From Eledone cirrhosa (Eukaryota), in the NCBI GenBank assembly GCA_964016885.1, contig OZ024741.1, positions 9,920,001-9,984,000 on the forward strand: a stretch of DNA of 64,000 bases. The letters are read 5' to 3'. Positions within the stretch are counted from its first letter, which is position 1; the number at the start of each line of letters is the position of its first letter. The notes under the pieces are model-generated. The model was not told the origin of the DNA. It was given only the letters and a program-made list of their open reading frames with translations, and ran no database searches. Of the stretch, positions 26,313 through 39,400 are shown piece by piece. The position numbers were made by a program, and so were the translations under genes.

Positions 26313-26857
26313 CATCGACCGTTTAACAATCAGAATCGACTCCGTTTTAAAGCCCACTCAATAAATAAGAAAAATTACCACAATCACATCCATTATTATT
26401 ATTGTCATCAACATTGTGGTGGTTGTTGTCATGATCGTGATAATCAAAATCGCTTCACTACATAACCCTGATTAATACGCCATATTGATAAGTTACGATT
26501 AGACAACGCTGCAAGCCGCAATGAAAAATTTTCGCGTCACCATCGCCATGACAGTTTTGTCTTGCAAGTCGTATATCATTTTTCTTCGCTAGACGTGTCG
26601 ATGATAGCAGCAAATTGCCAACTTCCTATCTGTTTGTATTATATCCAAGCTGTTATCTTGTTCTTTCCGGCCTCGTAGCCAACTTCGCATTTGTCATTGC
26701 TGACAAAAGCTTACAGCGATATTTTGGTGTTACTGTTGTATATTTTTAATGTTGTTCACTGCCTGTCTTTTTGTTGGTTTATTTTTGTCAGTTTTTTTCT
26801 GTCTCTTCTCCTTTACCTTTGTTATTGTCTCGAATTGCTTCAAACTACCCAGTCATA

Positions 26858-26867
26858 CGTACATTTC

Positions 26868-26909
<42 letters not shown>

Positions 26910-27345
26910 ATATATATATACAAACATAAATATATATATATATATGCATACTTACATGAATACATACATACACACACATACATATATGCATAAATACATG
27001 CATACATACATACACACATACATATATATATATACATACATGCATGCATATATATATATATATATATTTGTTTTTGTTTCTTTTTTCGTGCATGTATGTA
27101 GATGATTATATACATACACATATACTTAAAAACTAACGCAAGTCAAACACCACTTTTCTGCTTCATTGTTGCTGTATATTCTGATACTAATGCTGATGTT
27201 TGTAGTGCTGGCTTTATTAGCAGTGGTTATGGTGTATGTGGTAGAGCTTGTGGTGCTAGTAGAGCTTGTGGTACTAGTAATAATGGTTGTAGTAGTCGTG
27301 ATGTTGGTGATGTTATTAATTATCATTTCTCGCTGTGGTTATAAT
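26858..27345. repeat. (TA)n/(CATA)n microsatellites followed by degenerate (GGT/AGT)n low complexity
   Basis: Directly visible. Confidence 0.85.
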
Positions 27346-27698
27346 AATATTAATTACAGAACTATTTATTTGTTAATAAAATGTAGTTTGCTTGAATCAT
27401 TGTATATAATATATAATGTGGGAAGTGATATATGTAAGAAGGTTAAAGCAATGGACACAATAAGATGAAGGTAATGATAAAGTTACCTGGTAATTATTTT
27501 TTTTTTCGTTCTAAAATTCGCTTCAAAGCAAAGAAACCGGAACGTTTTTCTCTGAAAGTTCTCCATACTTTAACGAAGGGAATTTTAAGTCCCGAAATAT
27601 TGGGACGAAAAAAAAAAAAGATTACCAGGTAACTAACTTTTTCGTTGCCTTCACTTTACGCTCCATTTGTATTGTTTTAACCTTTTTACATATGCCAC

Positions 27699-28184
27699 AG
27701 CTTGAGATCAGTGTGGAAGTCGGACCTTTGTAAAGACCTGAAGATCCGCCTCTTTGTTGCTGTAGTGGAGTCTGTGCTGCTGTACGAGTCTGAGACTTGG
27801 ACACTGACCAAGAAACTCACTCAGATGGTGGATGGGTGCTACACGAGAATGTTGAGGATGGCTCTGAACATTAATCAGTATACACTGAGGATGAAGAACT
27901 CAGAACTGTACGGGAGCCTCCCAAAAGTCAGCTCGAGAGTAACCCAGAGGAGACTGAGGTTAGCTGGACAAGCTCACCGACATTCAGAGTTGACACTGCA
28001 CTCAGTGCTCCCGTGAGAGCCCCTACATGGACACAGTCGAAGAGGAAGACCAAGGTTAACGTATGTTGATGCCCTAAGGACAGACACTGGTCTGTTGGAG
28101 GCGCAGGACATGGCAACGATAATGAGGGACAGAGACCGCTGGAGAGAACTCGTCCATGGATCTCGGGAATTTTACCCACCCTAG
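27699..28184 (+). mobile_element. 5'-truncated RTE/RTEX-type LINE, C-terminal ORF fragment
   Basis: LRSVWKSDLCKDLKIRLFVAVVESVLLYESETWTLTKKLTQMVDGCYTRMLRMALNI...RRLRLAGQAHRH...LP*EPLHGHSRRGRPRLTYVDALRTDTG...MRDRDRWRELV...*. This has the typical VLLYGSETW, RRLRxAGH and RGRP motifs, with one in-frame stop at 28014. Confidence 0.92.
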
Positions 28185-28235
28185 ACATATATCCCGTTCC
28201 ACATAATGTTTATTTGTTGTTGTTATCGATATGAA

Positions 28236-28445
28236 GGAGCTGGTATGGCAAAATCAGTAGAGTGACGGACAAACTGCTTTGTAGTATTTCACTACGGCTC
28301 CTTTTCTTCTGGGGTTAAATCTCTTCGAGTTCAACTTTACCTTTCATATTTCAGATGTCTATAAAATTAAGTATCAATTAAGTAATTTAATCGACTTAAC
28401 TTCACCACAAGAAATGCTGGCCTTGTATTAAAATATGCCATTATT
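28236..28445 (+). mobile_element. Old degenerate SINE copy
   Basis: TGGCAAAATCAGTAGAG...GGGTTAAATC...CAACTTTACCTTTCAT...ATAAAATTAAGTATCA...GCTGGCCTTGT...ATTATT. Confidence 0.75.
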
Positions 28446-28449
28446 GCTG

Positions 28450-28639
28450 TGGATTAGCAGTATCGGTAGAGGGTCGGACGCCATGCTTTCCAGCATAGTT
28501 ACGTCCCTTTACGATCTGAGTTCAAATCCCGCCGAGGTTAACTTTGCCTTTCATCCTTACGGGGTCGATAAAATAAAGTACCAGTAAAGTACCAGTAATG
28601 CACTGGGTAATTGCTGGCCTTGTGCCTAAAGTAGAAACA
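28450..28639 (+). mobile_element. Young SINE copy with 10-bp target-site duplication
   Basis: Full motif set, flanked by ATTATTGCTG at 28440-28449 and 28640-28649. Confidence 0.92.
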
Positions 28640-28874
28640 ATTATTGCTGATATTATTCCCGTTAACTTGAATATGCTAACACTCACCAACTAAATAGTGA
28701 CTATGTTTGCATGTATGGTCCCATAACTTTGGAGGTAGTCATAGGGGCACCATATTGATGGCTTTGTTAAGGTATTTTAAAACTCAGTGGAGCCCATCTC
28801 CTCTCCAGGTCAGAATACAGCAGATTTCTTCCAGAGAGACTGAGAGAATGGAAATGAGAAAGATATATAGAGGA

Positions 28875-29010
28875 AGAATCGACCCCAGTACTGGACTGGT
28901 ACTTTTTTATCAACTTCGAATGGTAGAAATGCAAAGTTGATGTGGGCGAGATTTGTAGTTGGAGAGAAGAGAGTCCAAACCAATATCACAGATCATTCCA
29001 TCCAACAGAC
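28875..29010 (-). mobile_element. Old degenerate SINE copy
   Basis: AATCGACCCCAGTAC...ACTGGTACTTTTTTATCAAC...GAAATGCAAAGTTGA...GATTTG. Confidence 0.65.
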
Positions 29011-29169
29011 TCGGCCAGTTCGATGCCTTAAATACTTCCTATACTGGGAGACGGTTTCAGGCCGTAATTCTGTTAACACCACACAATTGATACCTCCACA
29101 CAGTAGACACTACTTGGAATATTACAAACTAAAGTTTGACAGCTAGGTAATGGACTGAAAAACACTGAA

Positions 29170-29215
29170 TACAGTCAAACCTCACTTATCCGAACATCAA
29201 TTATCCGATGTCTTA
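29170..29215 (+). mobile_element. pogo/Tigger-like MITE terminal fragment
   Basis: TA+CAGTCAAACCTCACTTATCCGAACATCAATTATCCGA. A related copy lies at 29855-29906. The TA+CAGT start resembles pogo-type TIRs, but no opposite end was found. Confidence 0.5.
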
Positions 29216-29301
29216 TCAAAATTACAACCTAAAATATACTTAACAGTCGTGTAGACAATGACAGATTCACAATAGGCAGTAACCCACTGATATTATTAGA
29301 A

Positions 29302-29520
29302 GGGTGGTGGATTGGCAGAATCGGTAGAGCGTCAGCCGCCATGCTTGTCAGTATGGAGTTACGGCCCTTTATGTTCTGTGTTCAAATCCCGCCGAGGTTA
29401 GGTTTTGCCTTTACGGGGTCGATAAAATAAAGAACCAGTCACGCACTGGGGGTAGATTTTATCGACTTTACCCTCCCCTTGCTGGCCTTGTGCCTAAATC
29501 AGTAACCATTATTATTATTA
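29302..29520 (+). mobile_element. SINE copy
   Basis: GGTGGTGGATTGGCAGAATCGGTAGAGCG...GTTCAAATCCCGCCGAGG...GGGGTCGATAAAATAAAG...GGCCTTGTGCCTAAA...(ATT)n. Confidence 0.9.
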
Positions 29521-29680
29521 TTGGCAGTATTTAGAGTGTCGGACACCATGCTTTGCAGCATATTGTTATGGCCCTTTACGTTATGTGTTCAAATCACGCC
29601 GAGGTTAGCTTTGGCTTTCATCCTTACTTTCATCCCCACTAAAATTTGATGGCCTTTTGCCAAAATCAGAAACCATTATT
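29521..29680 (+). mobile_element. SINE copy with internal deletion
   Basis: TTGGCAGTATTTAGAG...GTTCAAATCACGCCGAGG...CTTTCATCCTTAC...GGCCTTTTGCCAAAA...ATTATT. Confidence 0.85.
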
Positions 29681-29690
29681 ACAGTTAAAA

Positions 29691-29849
29691 GGGCGGTGAA
29701 TTGGCAGTATCGATTGAAGGTCGGACGCCATGCTTTCTGAGTTCAAATCCCGCCGAGGTTAACTTTGCCTTTCATCCTTACGGGGTCGATAAAATAAAGT
29801 ACCAGTAATGTGCTGGGTAATTGCTGGCCTTGTGCCAAAAGTAGAAACA
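29691..29849 (+). mobile_element. SINE copy with 16-bp target-site duplication
   Basis: Starts GGGCGGTGAATTGGCAG and is flanked by ATTATTACAGTTAAAA at 29675-29690 and 29850-29865. Confidence 0.92.
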
Positions 29850-29854
29850 ATTAT

Positions 29855-29906
29855 TACAGTTAAAACCTGGTTATCCGAACATCAATTATACGAATTTCTT
29901 ATCCGG
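29855..29906 (+). mobile_element. Second pogo/Tigger-like terminal fragment
   Basis: TACAGTTAAAACCTGGTTATCCGAACATCAATTATACGA shares TTATCCGAACATCAATTAT with 29170-29215. Confidence 0.5.
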
Positions 29907-30040
29907 AAAAATATCACGGCTTTGTGGATATTGAATTAGCGATACTGTTTAACGTGAATTTAAGATTAAAGTAAATCATTTCACATCGGCCGCAAACCAT
30001 GGCACCGCCGCCCTCAGTGTAAAGGAGGGAAACATAATGA

Positions 30041-30213
30041 AATAACTGTTTCTACTTTTGGCCCAAGGTCAGCAATTATCCCAGTGTATTACTGGTACTT
30101 TATTTTATCGACCCCGTAAGTTAACCTTGGCGGGATTTGAACTCAGACCATAAAGGGCCGTAACTCTTTTCTGCAAAGAATGGCGTCCGACCCTCTACCG
30201 ATACTGCCAATCC
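30041..30213 (-). mobile_element. SINE copy
   Basis: TGTTTCTACTTTTGGC...ACTGGTACTTTATTTTATCGACCCCGTAAG...GGGATTTGAACTCAG...TACCGATACTGCCAATCC. Confidence 0.9.
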
Positions 30214-30218
30214 TATGT

Positions 30219-30380
30219 TTGGCAGACAGCTTCCTTTTCTTGCCGGTTACTGCCAAGACCTCAGGTGTCCTCGATCCCCGAACAGATGATTTCCTCCGTA
30301 AAATCAGAAAGAAAATAGCGCGCCAGAGAAAGGATGTGTGGTGAGATGGCACTTGCAATATACTCCTCTGTCTGGGGTGA
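30219..30380 (+). mobile_element. CRE-clade retrotransposon ORF C-terminus (decayed)
   Basis: LADSFLFLPVTAKTSGVLDPRTDDFLRKIRKKIARQRKDVW*DGTCNILLCLG* aligns with FFQPVAYETFGGFGLLTAKFL...RGNAANVLACL at 51830-52028. Confidence 0.65.
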
Positions 30381-30463
30381 TCAGTCTATCATTCCACCTC
30401 CTTTCTTTTTCTTTCGTTGCTTTTTTTTCTTTCTTTTTCTTCTTTTACTTCTCTTTCTTTTTC

Positions 30464-33400
30464 ATTTCCCTCTTGTCATTTACATTGGACAGTTATTATC
30501 ACCCTTTCCCTCTTGTCATTTACATTGGACAGTTATTATCACCCTTTCCCTCTTGTCATTTACATTGGACAGTTATTATCACCCTTTCCCTCTTGTCATT
30601 TACATTGGACAGTTATTATCACCCTTTCCCTCTTGTCATTTACATTGGACAGTTATTATCACCCTTTCCCTCTTGTCATTTACATTGGACAGTTATTATC
30701 ACCCTTTCCCTCTTGTCATTTACATTGGACAGTTATTATCACCCTTTCCCTCTTGTCATTTACATTGGACAGTTATTATCACCCTTTCCCTCTTGTCATT
30801 TACATTGGACAGTTATTATCACCCTTTCCCTCTTGTCATTTACATTGGACAGTTATTATCACCCTTTCCCTCTTGTCATTTACATTGGACAGTTATTATC
30901 ACCCTTTCCCTCTTGTCATTTACATTGGACAGTTATTATCACCCTTTCCCTCTTGTCATTTACATTGGACAGTTATTATCACCCTTTCCCTCTTGTCATT
31001 TACATTGGACAGTTATTATCACCCTTTCCCTCTTGTCATTTACATTGGACAGTTATTATCACCCTTTCCCTCTTGTCATTTACATTGGACAGTTATTATC
31101 ACCCTTTCCCTCTTGTCATTTACATTGGACAGTTATTATCACCCTTTCCCTCTTGTCATTTACATTGGACAGTTATTATCACCCTTTCCCTCTTGTCATT
31201 TACATTGGACTGTTATTATCACCCTTTCCCTCTTGTCATTTACATTGGACAGTTATTATCACATTTCCCTCTTGTCATTTACGTTGGACAGTTATTATCA
31301 CCCTTTCCCTCTTGTCATTTACATTGGACAGTTATTATCACCCTTTCCCTCTTGTCATTTACATTGGACAGTTATTATCACCCTTTCCCTCTTGTCATTT
31401 ACATTGGACAGTTATTATCACCCTTTCCCTCTTGTCATTTACATTGGACAGTTATTATCACCCTTTCCCTCTTGTCATTTACATTGGACAGTTATTATCA
31501 CCCTTTCCCTCTTGTCATTTACATTGGACAGTTATTATCACCCTTTCCCTCTTGTCATTTACATTGGACAGTTATTATCACCCTTTCCCTCTTGTCATTT
31601 ACATTGGACAGTTATTATCACCCTTTCCCTCTTCTCATTTACATTGGACAGTTATTATCACCCTTTCCCTCTTGTCATTTACATTGGACAGTTATTATCA
31701 CCCTTTCCCTCTTGTCATTTACATTGGACAGTTATTATCACCCTTTCCCTCTTCTCATTTACATTGGACAGTTATTATCACCCTTTCCCTCTTGTCATTT
31801 ACATTGGACAGTTATTATCACCCTTTCCCTCTTGTCATTTACATTGGACAGTTATTATCACATTTCCCTCTTGTCATTTACATTGGACAGTTATTATCAC
31901 CCTTTCCTTCTTGTCATTTACATTGGACAGTTATTATCACATTTCCCTCTTGTCATTTACATTGGACAGTTATTATCACGTTTCCATCTTGTCATTTACA
32001 TTGGACAGTTATTATCACATTTTCCTCTTGTCATTTACATTGGACAGTTATTATCACCCTTTCCCTCTTATCATTTACATTGGACAGTTATTATCAGCAT
32101 TTCCCTCTTGTCATTTACATTGGACAGTTATTATCACCCTTTCCCTCTTATCATTTACATTGGACAGTTATTATCACCCTTTCCCTCTTGTCATTTACAT
32201 TGGACAGTATTATCACACTTTCCCTCTTGTCATTTACATTGGACAGTTATTATCACCCTTTCCCTCTTATCATTTACATTGGACAGTTATTATCACCCTT
32301 TCCCTCTTGTCATTTACATTGGCCAGTTATTATCACCCTTTCCCTCTTGTCATTTACATTGGACAGTTATTATCACCCTTTCCCTCTTGTCATTTACATT
32401 GGACAGTTATTATCACATTTCCCTCTTGTCATTTACATTGGACAGTTATTATCACCCTTTCCCTCTTGTCATTTACATTGGACAGTTATTATCACGTTTC
32501 CATCTTGTCATTTACATTGGACAGTTATTATCACATTTTCCTCTTGTCATTTACATTGGACAGTTATTATCACGCTTTCCCACTTCTCATTTACATTGGA
32601 CAGTTATTATCACCCTTTCCCTCTTGTCATTTACATTGGACAGTTATTATCACCCTTTCCCTCTTGTCATTTACATTGGACAGTTATTATCACATTTCCC
32701 TCTTGTCATTTACATTGGACAGTTATTATCACCCTTTCCTTCTTGTCATTTACATTGGACAGTTATTATCACATTTCCCTCTTGTCATTTACATTGGACA
32801 GTTATTATCACGTTTCCATCTTGTCATTTAAATTGGACAGTTATTATCACATTTTCCTCTTGTCATTTACATTGGACAGTTATTATCACCCTTTCCCTCT
32901 TGTCATTTACATTGGACAGTTATTATCACCATTTCCCTCTTGTCATTTACATTGGACAGTTATTATCACCCTTTCCCTCTTATCATTTACATTGGACAGT
33001 TATTATCACCCTTTCCCTCTTGTCATTTACATTGGACAGTTATTATCACACTTTCCCTCTTGTCATTTACATTGGACAGTTATTATCACCCTTTCCCTCT
33101 TATCATTTACATTGGACAGTTATTATCACCCTTTCCCTCTTGTCATTTACATTGGCCAGTTATTATCACCCTTTCCCTCTTGTCATTTACATTGGACAGT
33201 TATTATCACCCTTTCCCTCTTGTCATTTACATTGGACAGTTATTATCACATTTCCCTCTTGTCATTTACATTGGACAGTTATTATCACCCTTTCCCTCTT
33301 GTCATTTACATTGGACAGTTATTATCACATTTCCCTCTTGTCATTTACATTGGACAGTTATTATCACGTTTCCATCTTGTCATTTACATTGGACAGTTAT

Positions 33401-36400
33401 TATCACATTTTCCTCTTGTCATTTACATTGGACAGTTATTATCACCCTTTCCCTCTTGTCATTTACATTGGACAGTTATTATCACCATTTCCCTCTTGTC
33501 ATTTACATTGGACAGTTATTATCACCCTTTCCCTCTTATCATTTACATTGGACAGTTATTATCACCCTTTCCCTCTTGTCATTTACATTGGACAGTTATT
33601 ATCACCCTTTCCCTCTTGTCATTTACATTGGACAGTTATTATCACCCTTTCCCTCTTATCATTTACATTGGACAGTTATTATCACCCTTTCCCTCTTGTC
33701 ATTTACATTGGACAGTTATTATCACCCTTTCCCTCTTGTCATTTACATTGGACAGTTATTATCACCCTTTCCCTCTTGTCATTTACATTGGACAGTTATT
33801 ATCACCCTTTCTCTCTTGTCATTTACATTGGACAGTTATTATCACCCTTTCCCTCTTATTATTTACATTGGACAGTTATTATCACCCTTTCCCTCTTGTC
33901 ATTTACATTGGACAGTTATTATCACCCTTTCCCTCTTGTCATTTACATTGGACAGTTATTATCACCCTTTCCCTCTTGTCATTTACATTGGACAGTTATT
34001 ATCACCCTTTCCCTCTTGTCATTTACATTGGACAGTTATTATCACCCTTTCCCTCTTGTCATTTACATTGGACAGTTATTATCACATTTCCCTCTTGTCA
34101 TTTACATTGGACAGTTATTATCACCCTTTCCCTCTTGTCATTTACATTGGACAGTTATTATCACCCTTTCCCTCTTCTCATTTACATTGGACAGTTATTA
34201 TCACATTTCCCTCTTGTCATTTACATTGGACAGTTATTATCACATTTCCCTCTTGTCATTTACATTGGACAGTTATTATCACGTTTCCATCTTGTCATTT
34301 ACATTGGACAGTTATTATCACATTTTCCTCTTGTCATTTACATTGGACAGTTATTATCACCCTTTCCCTCTTGTCATTTACATTGGACAGTTATTATCAC
34401 CATTTCCCTCTTGTCATTTACATTGGACAGTTATTATCACCCTTTCCCTCTTATCATTTACATTGGACAGTTATTATCACCCTTTCCCTCTTGTCATTTA
34501 CATTGGACAGTTATTATCACCCTTTCCCTCTTGTCATTTACATTGGACAGTTATCATCACCCTTTCCCTCTTATCATTTACATTGGACAGTTATTATCAC
34601 CCTTTCCCTCTTGTCATTTACATTGGCCAGTTATTATCACCCTTTCCCTCTTGTCATTTACATTGGACAGTGATTATCACCCTTTCCCTCTTGTCATTTA
34701 CATTGGACAGTTATTATCACATTTCCCTCTTGTCATTTACATTGGACAGTTATTATCACCCTTTCCCTCTTGTCATTTACATTGGACAGTTATTATCACC
34801 CTTTCCCTCTTGTCATTTACATTGGACAGTTATTATCACCCTTTCCCTCTTCTCATTTACATTGGACAGTTATTATCACCCTTTCCCTCTTGTCATTTAC
34901 ATTGGACAGTTATTATCACCCTTTCCCTCTTGTCATTTACATTGGACAGTTATTATCACATTTCCCTCTTGTCATTTACATTGGACAGTTATTATCACCC
35001 TTTCCCTCTTGTCATTTACATTGGACAGTTATTATCACATTTCCCTCTTGTCATTTACATTGGACAGTTATTATCACATTTCCCTCTTGTCATTTACATT
35101 GGACAGTTATTATCACGTTTCCATCTTGTCATTTACATTGGACAGATATTAACACATTTTCCTCTTGTCATTTACATTGGACAGTTATTATCACCCTTTC
35201 CCTCTTGTCATTTACATTGGACAGTTATTATCACCATTTCCCTCTTGTCATTTACATTGGACAGTTATTATCACCCTTTCCCTCTTATCATTTACATTGG
35301 ACAGTTATTATCACCCTTTCCCTCTTGTCATTTACATTGGACAGTTATTATCACCCTTTCCCTCTTGTCATTTACATTGGACAGTTATTATCACCCTTTC
35401 CCTCTTATCATTTACATTGGACAGTTATTATCACCCTTTCCCTCTTGTCATTTACATTGGACAGTTATTATCACCCTTTCCCTCTTGTCATTTACATTGG
35501 ACAGTTATTATCACCCTTTCCCTCTTGTCATTTACATTGGACAGTTATTATCACATTTCCCTCTTGTCATTTACATTGGACAGTTATTATCACCCTTTCC
35601 CTCTTGTCATTTACATTGGACAGTTATTATCACCCTTTCCCTCTTCTCATTTACATTGGACAGTTATTATCACCCTTTCTCTCTTGTCATTTACATTGGA
35701 CAGTTATTATCACCCTTTCCCTCTTGTCATTTACATTGGACAGTTATTATCACCCTTTCCCTCTTGTCATTTACATTGGACAGTTATTATCACCCTTTCC
35801 CTCTTGTCATTTACATTGGACAGTTATTATCACCCTTTCCCTCTTGTCATTTACATTGGACAGTTATTATCACCCTTTCCCTCTTGTCATTTACATTGGA
35901 CAGTTATTATCACCCTTTCCCTCTTGTCATTTACATTGGACAGTTATGATCACCCTTTCCCTCTTGTCATTTACATTTGACAGTTATTATCACCTTTTCC
36001 CTCTTGTCATTTACATTGGACAGTTATTATCACATTTCCCCCTTGTCATTTACATTGGACAGTTATTATCACCGTTTCCCTCTTGTCATTTACATTGGAC
36101 AGTTATTATCACCCTTTCCCTCTTGTCATTTACATTGGACAGTTATTATCACCCTTTCCCTCTTCTCATTTACATTGGACAGTTATTATCACCCTTTTCC
36201 TCTTGTCATTTACATTGGACAGTTATTATCACCCTTTCCCTCTTGTCATTTACATTGGACAGTTATTATCACATTTCCCTCTTGTCATTTACATTGGACA
36301 GTTATTATCACCCTTTCCCTCTTGTCATTTACATTGGACAGTTATTATCACCCTTTCCCTCTTGTCATTTACATTGGACAGTTATTATCACCCTTTCCCT

Positions 36401-39400
36401 CTTGTCATTTACATTGGACAGTTATTATCACATTTCCCTCTTGTCATTTACGTTGGACAGTTATTATCACCCTTTCCCTCTTGTCATTTACATTGGACAG
36501 TTATTATCACCCTTTCCCTCTTGTCATTTAGATTGGACAGTTATTATCACCCTTTCCCTCTTGTCATTTACATTGGACAGTTATTATCACCCTTTCCCTC
36601 TTGTCATTTACATTGGACAGTTATTATCACCCTTTCCCTCTTGTCATTTACATTGGACAGTTATTATCACCCTTTCCCTCTTGTCATTTACATTGGACAG
36701 TTATTATCACCCTTTCCCTCTTGTCATTTACATTGGACAGTTATTATCACCCTTTCCCTCTTGTCATTTACATTGGACAGTTATTATCACCCTTTCCCTC
36801 TTCTCATTTACATTGGACAGTTATTATCACCCTTTCCCTCTTGTCATTTACATTGGACAGTTATTATCACCCTTTCCCTCTTGTCATTTACATTGGACAG
36901 TTATTATCACCCTTTCCCTCTTCTCATTTACATTGGACAGTTATTATCACCCTTTCCCTCTTGTCATTTACATTGGACAGTTATTATCACATTTCCCTCT
37001 TGTCATTTACATTGGACAGTTATTATCACCCTTTCCTTCTTGTCATTTACATTGGACAGTTATTATCACATTTCCCTCTTGTCATTTACATTGGACAGTT
37101 ATTATCACGTTTCCATCTTGTCATTTACATTGGACAGTTATTATCACATTTTCCTCTTGTCATTTACATTGGACAGTTATTATCACCCTTTCCCTCTTGT
37201 CATTTACATTGGACAGTTATTATCACCATTTCCCTCTTGTCATTTACATTGGACAGTTATTATCACCCTTTCCCTCTTATCATTTACATTGGACAGTTAT
37301 TATCACCCTTTCCCTCTTGTCATTTACATTGGACAGTTATTATCACCCTTTCCCTCTTGTCATTTACATTGGACAGTTATTATCACCCTTTCCCTCTTAT
37401 CATTTACATTGGACAGTTATTATCACCCTTTCCCTCTTGTCATTTACATTGGCCAGTTATTATCACCCTTTCCCTCTTGTCATTTACATTGGACAGTTAT
37501 TATCACCCTTTCCCTCTTGTCATTTACATTGGACAGTTATTATCACATTTCCCTCTTGTCATTTACATTGGACAGTTATTATCACCCTTTCCCTCTTGTC
37601 ATTTACATTGGACAGTTATTATCACCCTTTCCCTCTTGTCATTTACATTGGACAGTTATTATCACCCTTTCCCTCTTCTCATTTACATTGGACAGTTATT
37701 ATCACCCTTTCCCTCTTGTCATTTACATTGGACAGTTATTATCACCCTTTCCCTCTTGTCATTTACATTGGACAGTTATTATCACATTTCCCTCTTGTCA
37801 TTTACATTGGACAGTTATTATCACCCTTTCCCTCTTGTCATTTACATTGGACAGTTATTATCACATTTCCCTCTTGTCATTTACATTGGACAGTTATTAT
37901 CACATTTCCCTCTTGTCATTTACATTGGACAGTTATTATCACGTTTCCATCTTGTCATTTACATTGGACAGTTATTATCACCCTTTCCCTCTTGTCATTT
38001 ACATTGGACAGTTATTATCACATTTCCCTCTTGTCATTTACATTGGACAGTTATTATCACCCTTTCCTTCTTGTCATTTACATTGGACAGTTATTATCAC
38101 ATTTCCCTCTTGTCATTTACATTGGACAGTTATTATCACGTTTCCATCTTGTCATTTACATTGGACAGTTATTATCACATTTTCCTCTTGTCATTTACAT
38201 TGGACAGTTATTATCACCCTTTCCCTCTTGTCATTTACATTGGACAGTTATTATCACCATTTCCCTCTTGTCATTTACATTGGACAGTTATTATCACCCT
38301 TTCCCTCTTATCATTTACATTGGACAGTTATTATCACCCTTTCCCTCTTGTCATTTACATTGGACAGTTATTATCACCCTTTCCCTCTTGTCATTTACAT
38401 TGGACAGTTATTATCACCCTTTCCCTCTTATCATTTACATTGGACAGTTATTATCACCCTTTCCCTCTTGTCATTTACATTGGCCAGTTATTATCACCCT
38501 TTCCCTCTTGTCATTTACATTGGACAGTTATTAACACCCTTTCCCTCTTGTCATTTACATTGGACAGTTATTATCACATTTCCCTCTTGTCATTTACATT
38601 GGACAGTTATTATCACCCTTTCCCTCTTGTCATTTACATTGGACAGTTATTATCACCCTTTCCCTCTTGTCATTTACATTGGACAGTTATTATCACCCTT
38701 TCCCTCTTCTCATTTACATTGGACAGTTATTATCACCCTTTCCCTCTTCTCATTTACATTGGACAGTTATTATCACCCTTTCCCTCTTGTCATTTACATT
38801 GGACAGTTATTATCACATTTCCCTCTTGTCATTTACATTGGACAGTTATTATCACCCTTTCCCTCTTGTCATTTACATTGGACAGTTATTATCACCCTTT
38901 CCCTCTTGTCATTTACATTGGCCAGTTATTATCACCCTTTCCCTCTTGTCATTTACATTGGACAGTTATTAACACCCTTTCCCTCTTGTCATTTACATTG
39001 GACAGTTATTATCACATTTCCCTCTTGTCATTTACATTGGACAGTTATTATCACCCTTTCCCTCTTGTCATTTACATTGGACAGTTATTATCACCCTTTC
39101 CCTCTTGTCATTTACATTGGACAGTTATTATTACCCTTTCCCTCTTCTCATTTACATTGGACAGTTATTATCACCCTTTCCCTCTTGTCATTTACATTGG
39201 ACAGTTATTATCACCCTTTCCCTCTTGTCATTTACATTGGACAGTTATTATCACATTTCCCTCTTGTCATTTACATTGGACAGTTATTATCACCCTTTCC
39301 CTCTTGTCATTTACATTGGACAGTTATTATCACATTTCCCTCTTGTCATTTACATTGGACAGTTATCATCACCATTTCCCTCTTGTCATTTACATTGGAC

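Noticed and set aside
27702-28016. Functional reverse transcriptase gene
   Set aside because: Only the post-RT C-terminal part is present, it is 5'-truncated, and it has an in-frame stop.
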